Positions 15,148 to 25,700 of a stretch of DNA of 32,000 nucleotides are shown here, in pieces; the stretch's first letter is position 1, and the number at the start of each line of letters is the position of its first letter. The notes under the pieces are model-generated. The model was not told where the DNA came from, ran no database searches, and was given only the letters and a program-made list of their open reading frames with translations. The stretch comes from Promethearchaeota archaeon. GTDB lineage: Archaea > Asgardarchaeota > Lokiarchaeia > Sigyniarchaeales > SOKP01. Position numbers and translations under genes: made by a program. The stretch covers positions 297,392-329,391 of the forward strand of contig JAUWGH010000004.1 of assembly GCA_030606485.1 (NCBI GenBank), read 5' to 3'.

Positions 15148-16593
15148 TTATGTGATTGAAACCTCTCCCTCTTCTTCAATGATTTCACTCTTTTCCTGTT
15201 CTGTAGAGACTAGATAATCTCCAACAGTAGCTTCAATTTCTTTTATTTCTTTTTCTTCCTTTAATTGACTAATAAGGGCTCGCTTTTTAACATAAGATAT
15301 TATTTGAGCACTTAGAGGGAAAAGTAATATAATTGGCAACATTACAACAAGTATTATTTCCGGTGAGAACATTGCAACACTTCCTGATATTGCCTCCGGT
15401 AAATTCAAAACTGAATTAATTATCCAAGAAGTATGGAGAATAATAAAACCAATAAAGATTAATGCAATTACTCTAATAAAAAAACTGGTGAGAGTTGAAA
15501 CAATGAGTTTAGAAGGTCTTGGTGCGGAACTTGTAGCTGTGAGTGTATCTCTTGCTTCTGAATCTTCTACAAACAATCTTTCTATATAACTCCCTAATCG
15601 CCTTGTATCATGAGCAGCAGAAATCAGTTTCTTTTCCTCTTCTTCTAATTTCTTTTTTAATATCATCTCCTTAATATACGAGAATTTTTGTTCCTTTTTT
15701 CCTAAGAACTTAGAAATTTTTGCCTCCTTTTCAATTCCCAATTCTTCCTTTTTCTTTTTACTTTCTTCTTTAATTTGTTCAATATTTGTTGTAATCTCCA
15801 AGGCTTCTTTTTTTAATACATCTAATTGAGATTCTAACCTTTCAGATCTTTCTAAAGAGGGCATTGATATTAAATTTATATAATTTATTTGAAAGGATAG
15901 ATCTAGATAAATATAAAGTGCAAGTGCCAATTGAAAAATAGAACTTAAAATAAAAGATATAAAGTCATTAACAGGTCTCTCAAGAATAGATGAAAAGAGA
16001 GGATTTGGAAGATCATCCAAATATTCTATACTAATATTAAATAAATTAAACGCATTTCTTAATCCTTCAAAGAATAGTGGGATTATAATCATTCCTACAA
16101 GGCAACCAACTACCCAAAAATTATATTTTGGATTTGTTTGAAGTGTGGATCTGATAAAATTAATAATTAAAAGCAAAAATAAGATTTGGAATGATACATT
16201 ATAAATATCATCCGTTATTAATTCAATTTGATTTAATAAACGACTTGGAATCTGGCCTAAGGATTCTATTGGTCCTTCTGGAAATGCAAACCATGAGTTT
16301 AAAAGACCTTTAAATAAATTATCAAGAAAATTACGCATAAAAGAGGGATCGAAATAGCTATGCCATAAAAACAAGAAAATTACCATCATAGATAATCCTA
16401 TTGCGACTAAATAGAGCAATCCAAAAATTAAATAGCTAACAATATTCTTTAAAGAAGTTATTACATTTATTACTGCAGCAAAGTCAATTAAACTCTGATC
16501 AAAAATCGTATTAAAAATTGCTAAAATCCAAAAAAATACTAAAATATTTGCAACTTTTAATGTTGTTAGATACCATCTTACCATTTTTATCAC
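15148..16593 (-). CDS. Polytopic membrane protein with central K/E-rich coiled-coil segment and acidic C-terminus, unknown family; last gene of the MoxR operon
   Basis: 481-aa ORF. Several hydrophobic helices fill the N-terminal ~230 aa. A charged heptad-like stretch follows (SERLESQLDVLKKEALEITTNIEQIKEESKKKKEE...LEEEEKK), then two more hydrophobic helices and an acidic tail. It starts at GTG 16593 or ATG 16584, 27 nt after the DUF58 stop. Confidence 0.7.
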   Translation of the reverse strand: MIKMVRWYLTTLKVANILVFFWILAIFNTIFDQSLIDFAAVINVITSLKNIVSYLIFGLLYLVAIGLSMMVIFLFLWHSYFDPSFMRNFLDNLFKGLLNSWFAFPEGPIESLGQIPSRLLNQIELITDDIYNVSFQILFLLLIINFIRSTLQTNPKYNFWVVGCLVGMIIIPLFFEGLRNAFNLFNISIEYLDDLPNPLFSSILERPVNDFISFILSSIFQLALALYIYLDLSFQINYINLISMPSLERSERLESQLDVLKKEALEITTNIEQIKEESKKKKEELGIEKEAKISKFLGKKEQKFSYIKEMILKKKLEEEEKKLISAAHDTRRLGSYIERLFVEDSEARDTLTATSSAPRPSKLIVSTLTSFFIRVIALIFIGFIILHTSWIINSVLNLPEAISGSVAMFSPEIILVVMLPIILLFPLSAQIISYVKKRALISQLKEEKEIKEIEATVGDYLVSTEQEKSEIIEEEGEVSIT

Positions 16594-16620
16594 TTTTTTG
16601 TTATTTAAATTTACCCAATT

Positions 16621-17925
16621 TCAATATGCTTTTCCCTTCTTTTTGACTTCTAAGTATTGGGCTAAGATCTGAGACATCATATCATCTGGACCCACACTAA
16701 TAATTGGTACCCCTAATGTTCTAGCACTATGTCTTATCTTTAAAACTTGTTCCATCATTTCTTCTGATATTGCTTCAGCTAGCGCCTTATCACTTGGAGA
16801 TAAATCAACCTCGTGAATTTCAAACCAAGGACTGAATGGACTTATGACGACTAGAGAATGCTTCCACATTACAATTTTTTTAATTCCCTTAATAATATCA
16901 TCAGAAGTTTGCTCTAAATCTGTAATTAAAAACACTAAACTCCTTTTTTGAAATTGTTTATTAATAAAATCCATTGCTTCTTCTAATTTAGTTTTACCAG
17001 ATGGTTTTACTTTTGCGATAAAATCAAGCACTTGATAGAAATGATTGCTCCCACTATTGGGTTCTTTAAAATGATAATTTTTCTTATCTGAAAATAAGAA
17101 AACCCCTACTGAATCTCTTCTCGTAAGTGAAATCTTTGTTAATAACATTGTAGCTCTAATGGCATATTCGAATTTTGTATTTTCAATCGATCCACCTGCC
17201 ATAGATTCTCCACAATCAACCATAATCAGGACTGTAATGTCTCTCTCTGATTCATATTCTTTAACTATGAGTTTCTGATGACGAACACTTGCTTTCCAAT
17301 CTATTAATCTAAATTGGTCTCCAAAAGCATATTTTCTCAATCCAAAGAATTCAGAGCCCAAACCTTTCATCTTTGATCTTTGAATACCATAGTTTAAACT
17401 GAGAGATCTTTTTGAACCAAGAATTTCAATTCGTTTAATATCTTCATAAGGAGGATAAATTAAAATTTTCGTGACTGATTTTGGAACGATTCTTTCTTCA
17501 GAATTAAAACCTAATCTATCTTTTACGATGACGGATAATGGCCCAAATGGATATTCACCTCGTACTCTTGGTTGTAATACGTAGGAAAATTTTATTGTTT
17601 CTTTTGGATCAATTCTTGTTAAAATATGATTTTCTCCTAAAACCAATCTAAAAAGTGTAGGGTTGTAATAATCTCTCACTTCGATAAATTCAAATTTATT
17701 TTTTCCCAAATTCTCTAATATGACTTTTACATGGACAAAATCGTCTTTAAATACCTTATTTTTCTCTAATTCCCTCGTAACTTTGAGATCTTCAATATTT
17801 AATCCTAAATGAAACGATGGCAGGCTGATAATAGTACTAAATAGAAGTATAATTGCAAGAAATATTAAAAAAAAATTGACAAAGGCAAACCCTGCCATTA
17901 AAAAAAATGCAGAGAGCAGTATCAA
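16621..17925 (-). CDS. DUF58 family protein (vWA-like partner of MoxR ATPases)
   Basis: The hallmark DQFRLIDWKASVRHQKLIVKEYESERD (IDWKASVR at nt 17281-17304) is followed by VLIMVDCGESM, a degenerate MIDAS-like start of a vWA fold, and there are N-terminal TM helices. The start is uncertain: TTG at 17925 in the ORF track, first ATG at 17898, and the frame stays open further upstream into the moxR 3' end. Confidence 0.85.
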   Translation of the reverse strand: MILLSAFFLMAGFAFVNFFLIFLAIILLFSTIISLPSFHLGLNIEDLKVTRELEKNKVFKDDFVHVKVILENLGKNKFEFIEVRDYYNPTLFRLVLGENHILTRIDPKETIKFSYVLQPRVRGEYPFGPLSVIVKDRLGFNSEERIVPKSVTKILIYPPYEDIKRIEILGSKRSLSLNYGIQRSKMKGLGSEFFGLRKYAFGDQFRLIDWKASVRHQKLIVKEYESERDITVLIMVDCGESMAGGSIENTKFEYAIRATMLLTKISLTRRDSVGVFLFSDKKNYHFKEPNSGSNHFYQVLDFIAKVKPSGKTKLEEAMDFINKQFQKRSLVFLITDLEQTSDDIIKGIKKIVMWKHSLVVISPFSPWFEIHEVDLSPSDKALAEAISEEMMEQVLKIRHSARTLGVPIISVGPDDMMSQILAQYLEVKKKGKAY

Positions 17926-17972
17926 TAACCGTCCATGTCCCGCTAATATTTTTATACACCAATTTTCTTTTT

Positions 17973-18953
17973 TTAGATAGGAACTGGAAGATCTTCTATA
18001 ATTCTCTTAATAACTGTACTAGAATTAAGACCTTCTAATTCTGCTTCTGGTTTTAATAAAATTCGATGGTTTAATACTGATATACAAAGTGATTTTACGT
18101 CATCAGGAGTTACATAATTCCGTCCTAGAATTGCTGCTCTTGCCTTACCACATTTCATTAACGCCAAACTTGCTCTAGGTCCAGCTCCAAGAGCAATTTG
18201 TGGGTGTTGCCTAGATTTGACTATAATATCTCTGATATATTTTAAAATTCTATCATCGATATATACCATATTTACCAAGTTTTGAATTTGAATTATTTCT
18301 TCTGAATTTGTTATATTTTCAACTTCACTTATATCTCCAGATAATTGTCGGCGAATAATCTCAACCTCATCATCTATATCCGGATAATCAAGCCAAAGTT
18401 TAAAAATGAATCGGTCAACTTGTGCCTCTGGAAGGGGATATGTACCTTCCATTTCTATTGGATTTTCTGTTGCAATGACCATAAATGGTTTTTCTAATAT
18501 CCTAGTTTCATTTTCAATTGTTACTTGCCGTTCAGCCATCGCTTCTAGAAGAGCTGCTTGAGTTTTAGGGGCAGTTCTATTAATTTCATCCGCGAGAACA
18601 ATATTAGCGAAGATTGGTCCTGGCATTAATACAAAACTACCTTCACTTTGATCAAAAATCTTGGAGCCAGTGATGTCTGCAGGTAATAAATCTGGTGTAA
18701 ATTGTACTCTACTAAATGACATACCAAGAACTTTTGCAAAAGTCTTAGCCATGACTGTTTTTCCTAAACCTGGCACGCCTTCTAACAGAACATGACCGTT
18801 TACTAGAAGAGCGATAAAAAGGTGCTGCATGATTTCTCCATATCCTACAATAACGCATGCTACTTCTGAAAGAACATTTTGTGCAACATTTCTTACTGGA
18901 GATAGGTCAAATTCTTGTCCAAATCGGTCTTTTACTTTTTTTGGTGCTTCCAT
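17973..18953 (-). CDS. moxR: MoxR-family AAA+ ATPase
   Basis: Walker A GVPGLGKT (nt 18756-18779) and Walker B IVLADEINR are present, along with TQAALLEAMAERQVT, ATENPIEMEGTYPLPEAQVDRF and GAGPRAS. The 326-aa length is typical. Confidence 0.95.
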   Translation of the reverse strand: MEAPKKVKDRFGQEFDLSPVRNVAQNVLSEVACVIVGYGEIMQHLFIALLVNGHVLLEGVPGLGKTVMAKTFAKVLGMSFSRVQFTPDLLPADITGSKIFDQSEGSFVLMPGPIFANIVLADEINRTAPKTQAALLEAMAERQVTIENETRILEKPFMVIATENPIEMEGTYPLPEAQVDRFIFKLWLDYPDIDDEVEIIRRQLSGDISEVENITNSEEIIQIQNLVNMVYIDDRILKYIRDIIVKSRQHPQIALGAGPRASLALMKCGKARAAILGRNYVTPDDVKSLCISVLNHRILLKPEAELEGLNSSTVIKRIIEDLPVPI

Positions 18954-19017
18954 TTTTTCTCACTTTTTAATTATTTATTTATAATTAATTTTTTTTTAAT
19001 GATTTAATTTTAGGCAA

Positions 19018-20691
19018 TTAAATTTGATTCATTGCCCATTCCATTTCGAAATATAACTTTTGGAAATCTTCAGGATCTTTAATTTTCTTTTTATTATTTT
19101 TAACGCCAATTATTGCTTCAAAAAAATTATTTAATCTTCTTAAATTTGATTTTGAAATATTGGTTTTTCCTTTTACCATAATAATTAAATTAATTATATT
19201 TTCTACAGTAAAGGCTCGACCTTTTAATAAAGAATTGATTTTTCTCTCAAGCCTTCTGAATAGTAAAGTTAATGCTTGATTAAATTTACGATTATCTTTA
19301 TACCAATTAATTTTTCTTGCAAAGAAGGAAGAGGTCCGGAATTTCAATGTTTCTTCTTTCTTTTCCTCTTTTTTTTCTATCTCTTTTTCTTCTTCTTTAG
19401 CTTCTTTAGGTAAATATCTTTTAAGGGTATAAATTCCCAGTAATGGATAAATAAAGGCAGTTAGAGGATTTGTTGATAAATGAATTACATAACCAAGATA
19501 AAGGCCAAAAACGCCTGCAGATGATACATCTGGCAAATTTTCAGGTCTTATATGAGCCTCATCAAAAGCGATTATATAATTTGAAGGATTTCCAAAGGTA
19601 AGCCAGTTCAAAATATTTAATGCAAATTGTTTATTATCATAATTATCATTATTTATTAGTTCATTATCAAATAAACTGGCATCTGCAGAACAGAATATAC
19701 GGGAATGGCTTCCAACATCAGTTGCCATGAATACTGCTTGCGGGTACCCTCCTAATGGTATTGTAAAATCGCCTTTAATACCTAAAAATTCACCCATACC
19801 TCCAAATAAGGTATATCCATCATTTTCACTAGTATATATTCCATCTCCGTTTCTATCTACAAAGCTATATTGACTTGATTGGCCAATTAAACTCCATCCA
19901 AACATTTCAATAAATGGGCCACCTAAAGCACAAGATGATCTACTTAAAATTACATTGGAAATTCCTTGGGTTGTTGGGTGAAATTGGAAATTTGTTATAA
20001 TAGGGAATGTTGGATTTTTGTCATATGAAGCATTATCACGCAAAATTCCTTCAGGAAATATAGTTACGGGGAATGATCCAGCACTTGTAATTGCAATTTG
20101 ATATAATAATTCTGATGTACTTCCATGATCATGACATACAAATAGGGAGTTATTTCCTTTCATAAAATCAATAAAAAACGGAATTTCATATAATGGATTA
20201 TAAAAACGATTTGCTCCCATTATAATTAAAACTACAGGTTTATCAAGTCTCTGAGTTGCACTTAAGTCAGTTTGAATTGAAAAAACATTGTAACCATTCG
20301 CTTCGAGTGTATCTTTCAATTCAGAACATCCATTCCATTGAGAATTATGTATAGAAAAATTATGATCATTTTTTCCTTGATCTATTATAGAAGATAATAG
20401 AGGTATGAAAGATAAAACGAAAATTATAAGGAATAAACTCTGTTTCCAACTAATCTTCACTTTTTTCTCTGATTTTGCCTGTCGGGTTTTTAATTTTCTA
20501 GAAGCCATAATGAAAATTATAAGTCTAATTCCAATGATTCCGGCACCTAAGAAACATACCATTGGAAGGAAACTAACAAAATAGGGAGCATTCGTAACAG
20601 TAGACAATTGAATTCCCACTATTATTAAATACACAGTAAAAAAAATATAAACTATGTATTTTGAAACTACAACACTTTTTCTTTCTGGCAT
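19018..20691 (-). CDS. Membrane protein with DUF4350-like extracytoplasmic domain
   Basis: There are three N-terminal hydrophobic helices. The segment WNGCSELKDTLEANGYNVFSI...KPVVLIIMGANRFYNPLYEIPFFIDFMKGNNSLFVCHDHG matches by eye the DUF4350 pattern (G..al..lL...G..v, then tlvv..p, then wv..GG.l). A late TM helix, a KEE-rich linker and a helical cytoplasmic tail follow. Confidence 0.55.
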   Translation of the reverse strand: MPERKSVVVSKYIVYIFFTVYLIIVGIQLSTVTNAPYFVSFLPMVCFLGAGIIGIRLIIFIMASRKLKTRQAKSEKKVKISWKQSLFLIIFVLSFIPLLSSIIDQGKNDHNFSIHNSQWNGCSELKDTLEANGYNVFSIQTDLSATQRLDKPVVLIIMGANRFYNPLYEIPFFIDFMKGNNSLFVCHDHGSTSELLYQIAITSAGSFPVTIFPEGILRDNASYDKNPTFPIITNFQFHPTTQGISNVILSRSSCALGGPFIEMFGWSLIGQSSQYSFVDRNGDGIYTSENDGYTLFGGMGEFLGIKGDFTIPLGGYPQAVFMATDVGSHSRIFCSADASLFDNELINNDNYDNKQFALNILNWLTFGNPSNYIIAFDEAHIRPENLPDVSSAGVFGLYLGYVIHLSTNPLTAFIYPLLGIYTLKRYLPKEAKEEEKEIEKKEEKKEETLKFRTSSFFARKINWYKDNRKFNQALTLLFRRLERKINSLLKGRAFTVENIINLIIMVKGKTNISKSNLRRLNNFFEAIIGVKNNKKKIKDPEDFQKLYFEMEWAMNQI

Positions 20692-20723
20692 ATTTTAAAG
20701 ATGATTTTATCTTTTTAATTTAA

Positions 20724-21089
20724 TTAAAATCTGAATTGTTTTCCAGTTATTTCTGTATAGACTTTTGAAAACAAACTTAATGTGGCTTTGAAATCAGTTT
20801 CAGTAGGTTCAACTCCTCCGTATATCGTTTCCTCAATTTTTTGAATGAATGGATAAATAATTTCTGGATTTTGGCCTAATTTTTTTACGCAAGTTATTGC
20901 AAATTCACGAATAGTTTCGAAAAATTTTCTTGGTTGGCCAAATTTTTGCCGGATTAAATCAGTATAAATTAAATAAATGTATGCAATAGATTCTTTCATA
21001 CGATTTGTTTGATTTAATACTTGTATATTCCTTTTTTTACTTTCTATATCAAAAATGGGTTGTGATTTCTTTTTTTTACTTTTTGCCAT
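20724..21089 (-). CDS. Small soluble DUF4129-like protein, paralog of the C-terminal domain of the upstream 523-aa protein
   Basis: 121 aa with a Lys-rich N-terminus (MAKSKKKKSQ). It aligns by eye with aa ~410-523 of the neighbouring protein. Shared residues: ES..Y.....L...K.G......ETI...AI.CV...G..P..IYPFI.KIE..IYG.......DF......F...Y...TG. Confidence 0.6.
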   Translation of the reverse strand: MAKSKKKKSQPIFDIESKKRNIQVLNQTNRMKESIAYIYLIYTDLIRQKFGQPRKFFETIREFAITCVKKLGQNPEIIYPFIQKIEETIYGGVEPTETDFKATLSLFSKVYTEITGKQFRF

Positions 21090-21147
21090 ATCATTTCACT
21101 ATTTTTATTTTTTTATATTTTTTTTCAATTTTTTATTTACCATATTA

Positions 21148-22719
21148 TTATTTCAATGTAATTTTATATCCGGTAAAATCATAAAATAATGTAATAAACT
21201 GAGAGAAAATTTCTTCAAAATCTTCTTCACTAATTTTACCTCCACTTCCATATAAAATTTGTTCAATTTTTTTTATGAAAGGATATATTTTTGAAGGCGG
21301 AAGCCCCATATCTCTAACACATTTAATGGCATAATCATTAATCGTTTCATTAGACTTCTTTATTACTCCATATTTAGCTTCACTAAGTTGTAAAAAGACA
21401 TAAAATAGATAAACAACTGATTCTTCACGCCTATCGGTATCTTTAAGTATAGTTATGTTTTTTAACTTATTTTCGAGAGGGATTTGGACAACTTTAGGCT
21501 CAGCAGCTTGTCTCTTACTAAAAAAATAAACGGCAGTAATAATTCCCGCTATTATTACAATTAGAATAATAATTGTAACTGGATTAATTAATAATCCGCC
21601 CGGGGGAGGTGGTTCAGCACCAGCAGTGACATTAACAATGATTGATGATTTTACTGGGAGATGGAGGAGATTATCAGTTGAAACAGTTAATGTACCATTT
21701 CCTGATGGCATAAAATTAAATGAAAAACCACCACTACTATTTGTTGTTAAATTTTTAATTAAAACTCCACCAAATTCAATATTAATTGATCTGTTAAATA
21801 TTTTAAAGGAGGAATTTGTGGATGATGTTAATTCTCCTCGAACAGTTATATTCTGCACTTCGGTGATGTTCTTAGGTATATCCCATTTGCATGTGAAGTT
21901 TGAAAATACCAATAAATTATTAATTATTAAACTTGATTCATAAATGTTTGGAGAACCGGTGAAATTAAGAACCAGCTCAATTGAACTCCAACTAGTAGAA
22001 GGGAGAGAAATTTGTCCAGAAAAAAGTCCATTTAAATCGGTTGTTATAGTGCCTTGGTGTGAGTCTGAACCATTGATTCTCCAATATGCATCTACATCTG
22101 TTGTAGAAATTCCAGAATTATTATCAAAATATAAATTTCCTTTAATTTTATAATTTTCACCATTAACTTTAGGATTATAGTTTGTCTCTTTATAGAACAT
22201 TTTTGAGTCTGCTGAAACATAAATAAGGTAATAGTGATTGTATTTCGTATTTTTAGGATCTGTTACATTTATATTGATTATATGTGATTGATAGATATTA
22301 ACCCACATAGGTATTTTTGTTGTTATTGTAAAATTTCCAGTTGAGTCTGTTACATCTTTTGCACCAATACTTTCTCCAAAATCTATTCCATCGAAAATTA
22401 ATGTAACATTTACATTGGGTTGACCTCCACCTAAAAAAGGGTTATATACAATTCCCTTTACTGTTATTGATTCATAATGCTTAAAATGTGAATTATTTAC
22501 TTCAGTTGGATTTGTTAAATTTAAAAAATAACTATATACTATACTTGGTCTTGGGCTTAGACCTTTTTCGATTTTATTTTCATTTATTAAAGTTTTATTT
22601 GAATAAAATGAAACATTTAACCAAATTATGAAAAATGTAATTATTATTATGAGAAGAAGTTTCATATTTTTTAAGTTTTTGTAGGGATACAATTTATTTT
22701 TCACCTTAATTACACCCAT
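21148..22719 (-). CDS. Type-I-like membrane protein: signal/anchor helix, Ig-like/CarboxypepD_reg-like beta repeats, TM helix, cytoplasmic DUF4129-like domain
   Basis: The start ATG overlaps the stop of the 1471-aa gene (ATGGGTGTAA, 10-nt overlap). The N-terminus is hydrophobic (MKLLLIIIITFFIIWL). Beta-rich repeats carry many N-x-S/T sequons (ITVKGIVYNP...NVNVTLIFDG...TDSTGNFTITT). PPPPGG is followed by the TM helix LLINPVTIIILIVIIAGIITAVYFF and then a ~115-aa helical domain (nt ~21151-21492). Confidence 0.7.
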   Translation of the reverse strand: MGVIKVKNKLYPYKNLKNMKLLLIIIITFFIIWLNVSFYSNKTLINENKIEKGLSPRPSIVYSYFLNLTNPTEVNNSHFKHYESITVKGIVYNPFLGGGQPNVNVTLIFDGIDFGESIGAKDVTDSTGNFTITTKIPMWVNIYQSHIININVTDPKNTKYNHYYLIYVSADSKMFYKETNYNPKVNGENYKIKGNLYFDNNSGISTTDVDAYWRINGSDSHQGTITTDLNGLFSGQISLPSTSWSSIELVLNFTGSPNIYESSLIINNLLVFSNFTCKWDIPKNITEVQNITVRGELTSSTNSSFKIFNRSINIEFGGVLIKNLTTNSSGGFSFNFMPSGNGTLTVSTDNLLHLPVKSSIIVNVTAGAEPPPPGGLLINPVTIIILIVIIAGIITAVYFFSKRQAAEPKVVQIPLENKLKNITILKDTDRREESVVYLFYVFLQLSEAKYGVIKKSNETINDYAIKCVRDMGLPPSKIYPFIKKIEQILYGSGGKISEEDFEEIFSQFITLFYDFTGYKITLK

Positions 22720-25700
22720 GGCAACCTAATTCTGAATTCTAATATAAAATTATCTCCATAATAAGTAGCAAATACTCTATCAGCAAGATCCCATCCCGAT
22801 TGTATTGTAATATATCCCCAAAATTCACCTCCGACTAAAGTAGTATAAGATATTTCTGCATATACATATCCTTGGGAATCTTCAAGAGTCATATTTACAT
22901 CATATCCAACCATAGCAATTCCATTATCCCAAGTTAAATTTCCGTGAATTGTAATTATTTCACCCTCACCAAAATAATCTTCAAAATAAGAATCATAGTA
23001 TCCATCAATTATATTGGTTCCAGCGGAAACATTAAGGACTTTTGGCATGCTACTATTTGAGATCATATAATCATTGAGGTTTATGCTACAAAATGGATCT
23101 GGATGATCAATAATTGTTCCATTAAAATCAACCCGTATATCATATTTACCATATGGTATCGATATATTGACTTTGAATATAAACATGTAATCCCAATTAG
23201 TATTCTGAGATATAATCATAGAAGGATAATAACCAGCTTGGAAGATAAGATAATCGGAGTAATCATTTGAATTATTAAATAATTTAATTGTAACTTCCAC
23301 TTGCTTCATTTTTATATTATTATATGTATCCTTAACAGACCCAGATACATTTATCCAATCAATGTTTCTAATAACAACATCATTCTTAACAACAGAAATT
23401 TCTACATTTTTACTTCCATTCAATATAATAAAAGTATAATTTAGGAAATCATAACCATCCAATTGATATAATACTTTGATTTTATGAGGACCTACGACCC
23501 ATGATTCATTTATGTTAGATATAAACTCTATGTATCCATCTTCATCTGTTTGGCCAGAATTTAATAACCTATTTTCATAAACATCGTATAGAAATACATC
23601 ACCATATTGCTCAGGATTCTCGCCACACATTACTTTTACTGTGAAATTAACATTATCATTACGGTTAAAGGATTGAGGGGGATAATTATTATCATAAGTA
23701 GGTAATGCTTCATTTCCATCTATCCAAAGAGCAATTGAGATACTATAAGGATCTTTTATTTTTAAATCCATTATAGTAGATGTTGATGTATTAATATAGG
23801 TAAGGAAGAAATTATGCGGAAAATCATTGTCTTGATTTAAATAATAAAAGGTTCCATTAAAATCAATTCTTAAGGAATAATTTCCAGCCGGAATAGTATT
23901 ACTTACATCAAAATTTAGATCAAAGGTACCATCTGCACCACAATAATAAGGATTAGTGCTAGGATATATAGGAATGAGTTGTGTATTGAATTTATTATTA
24001 TTTTTAATTAAATTTACAGTAATTTCTGCATATTTTATAGGTCTATTATAAAGATCATCAACAATTGTACCTTTTATATTAAACGCAGTGTCTATTGAAC
24101 CACTTCGATTAATAATATTTGGAACAGGCTTTGGTGGATTTATTTCTATTCTGATGGCTTCATATATAATGAAATAAGAGTAATTCTTTAAACTGCCCAA
24201 TTCCCATTCCGCATAAACCAAATGTGGTCCTGCCAATAAATCACCGGCGTTTAAATAATATGTAATATTTGCACATCCATTCTCATCTGTAGTTTTTACA
24301 CCTATTTCGGAATTATTTGTTTCATCGAAAAATCTGACTAATTCTCCCTCTAAAGGACCGCTTCCACCTTGAAGATTAATTTTTAAATTTAATTCTTGAG
24401 TTCTTTTTACAATTGGTTGTTCATACTCAGAAGTTGAAGTTCCATTTATCCAGAAATCAAGGATTTGAATATCTGGAGCTTCAATTTTTAAATCCATCAC
24501 TGTAGATGTAGATGTGTTTATATAGGGAAGATTGAAAAGATATGGATAATCTTGACTTAAGTAATCAAATATTCCGTTAAAATCGATTCTTATAGAATAA
24601 TTTCCAGGAAGAATGTTATCATCAACATTAAAATTTAGATCAAACGATCCATATTCACCACAATCAAAAAGAATAGGATATGGAGGTTGTAGATAGCTAG
24701 AATAATCTACTAAATTCTTAAATAATCTTACAGAAACTTGTGCATATTTTATGGGATTATTGTTTGTGTCATCTAGAATAGAACCTTTTATATTAAATGT
24801 GTAATCACCCACATCAATTCGATTAATAATATTAGGAACCGGTCTTGGTGGATTAAGATCTATTCTAACATTATCATCCAATATAAAATATGAATAATTC
24901 TCTTGACTACCACATTGTGCATAAATTAAATGAGGTCCTGCTATTTTATCATAATCTAAATTATAATTAAAGAAGATCTCTCCATTAAAGTTAGTATCTT
25001 CAGTATGTATTGGTGGTCCTAAAGGATCTTCTGTAATATCGTATAAATTAATTGTTCTCCCTTGTAAAGGCCCACCACTTAATGAATATAATACTACTCT
25101 CAATTCAACCGAAGTGTTTCTTTTTACTCTAGGATTAGAAAAATCATCAGAGGGATACCCATTAATAAATAAATCTAAAAAGATAGCATCGGGATTTATA
25201 ATTTGAACAGAGATTTCTGAACTAGAATCACTTAATTGAGGATATGAATAAAATTGAGAAAAAACTCCAGAAAGAAATCCGATTTGAAATGATCCGTTAA
25301 AATCAACTCTAATACCATATGTTCCGCTCACTACATGATCATTCACATATACAATAATGTTATAATCTCCATCATTATCAGTTAATTCAGAATCGGGAGT
25401 GAATGCTAGTGAAATCTTATTATTAGATGAATCTAAGAGTATAAATTCCACCTCTCCATTAGAAACTCCCTTTCCGTTTAAGGGATCAAAAAGTACTCCC
25501 ATTATTCTAGTATTACTGCTAACGGTTTTATCAATAATAGTGGGATCAACATCAGTAAGATTTACTTCTATGGGTGCATTTAGAAAATAAATAGTGTAAT
25601 TAATAGTAAATCCCGTAGATGCTTGAATTAGATGGGGTCCTGCAACAGTCTGATCGTTAATATCAACTATTATGGAGCATTTACCATCATTATTTGTTAT

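Noticed and set aside
21520-21620. PPPPGG + hydrophobic helix + basic residues in the 523-aa protein resembling a PGF-CTERM/archaeosortase-type sorting signal
   Set aside because: The element is not C-terminal, because a ~115-aa domain follows it. It is better explained as an ordinary TM anchor.
21626-22153. Two plus-strand ORFs (105 and 69 aa) inside the 523-aa gene
   Set aside because: They are antisense to a long ORF that is translationally coupled to its neighbour and has a clear domain organisation.
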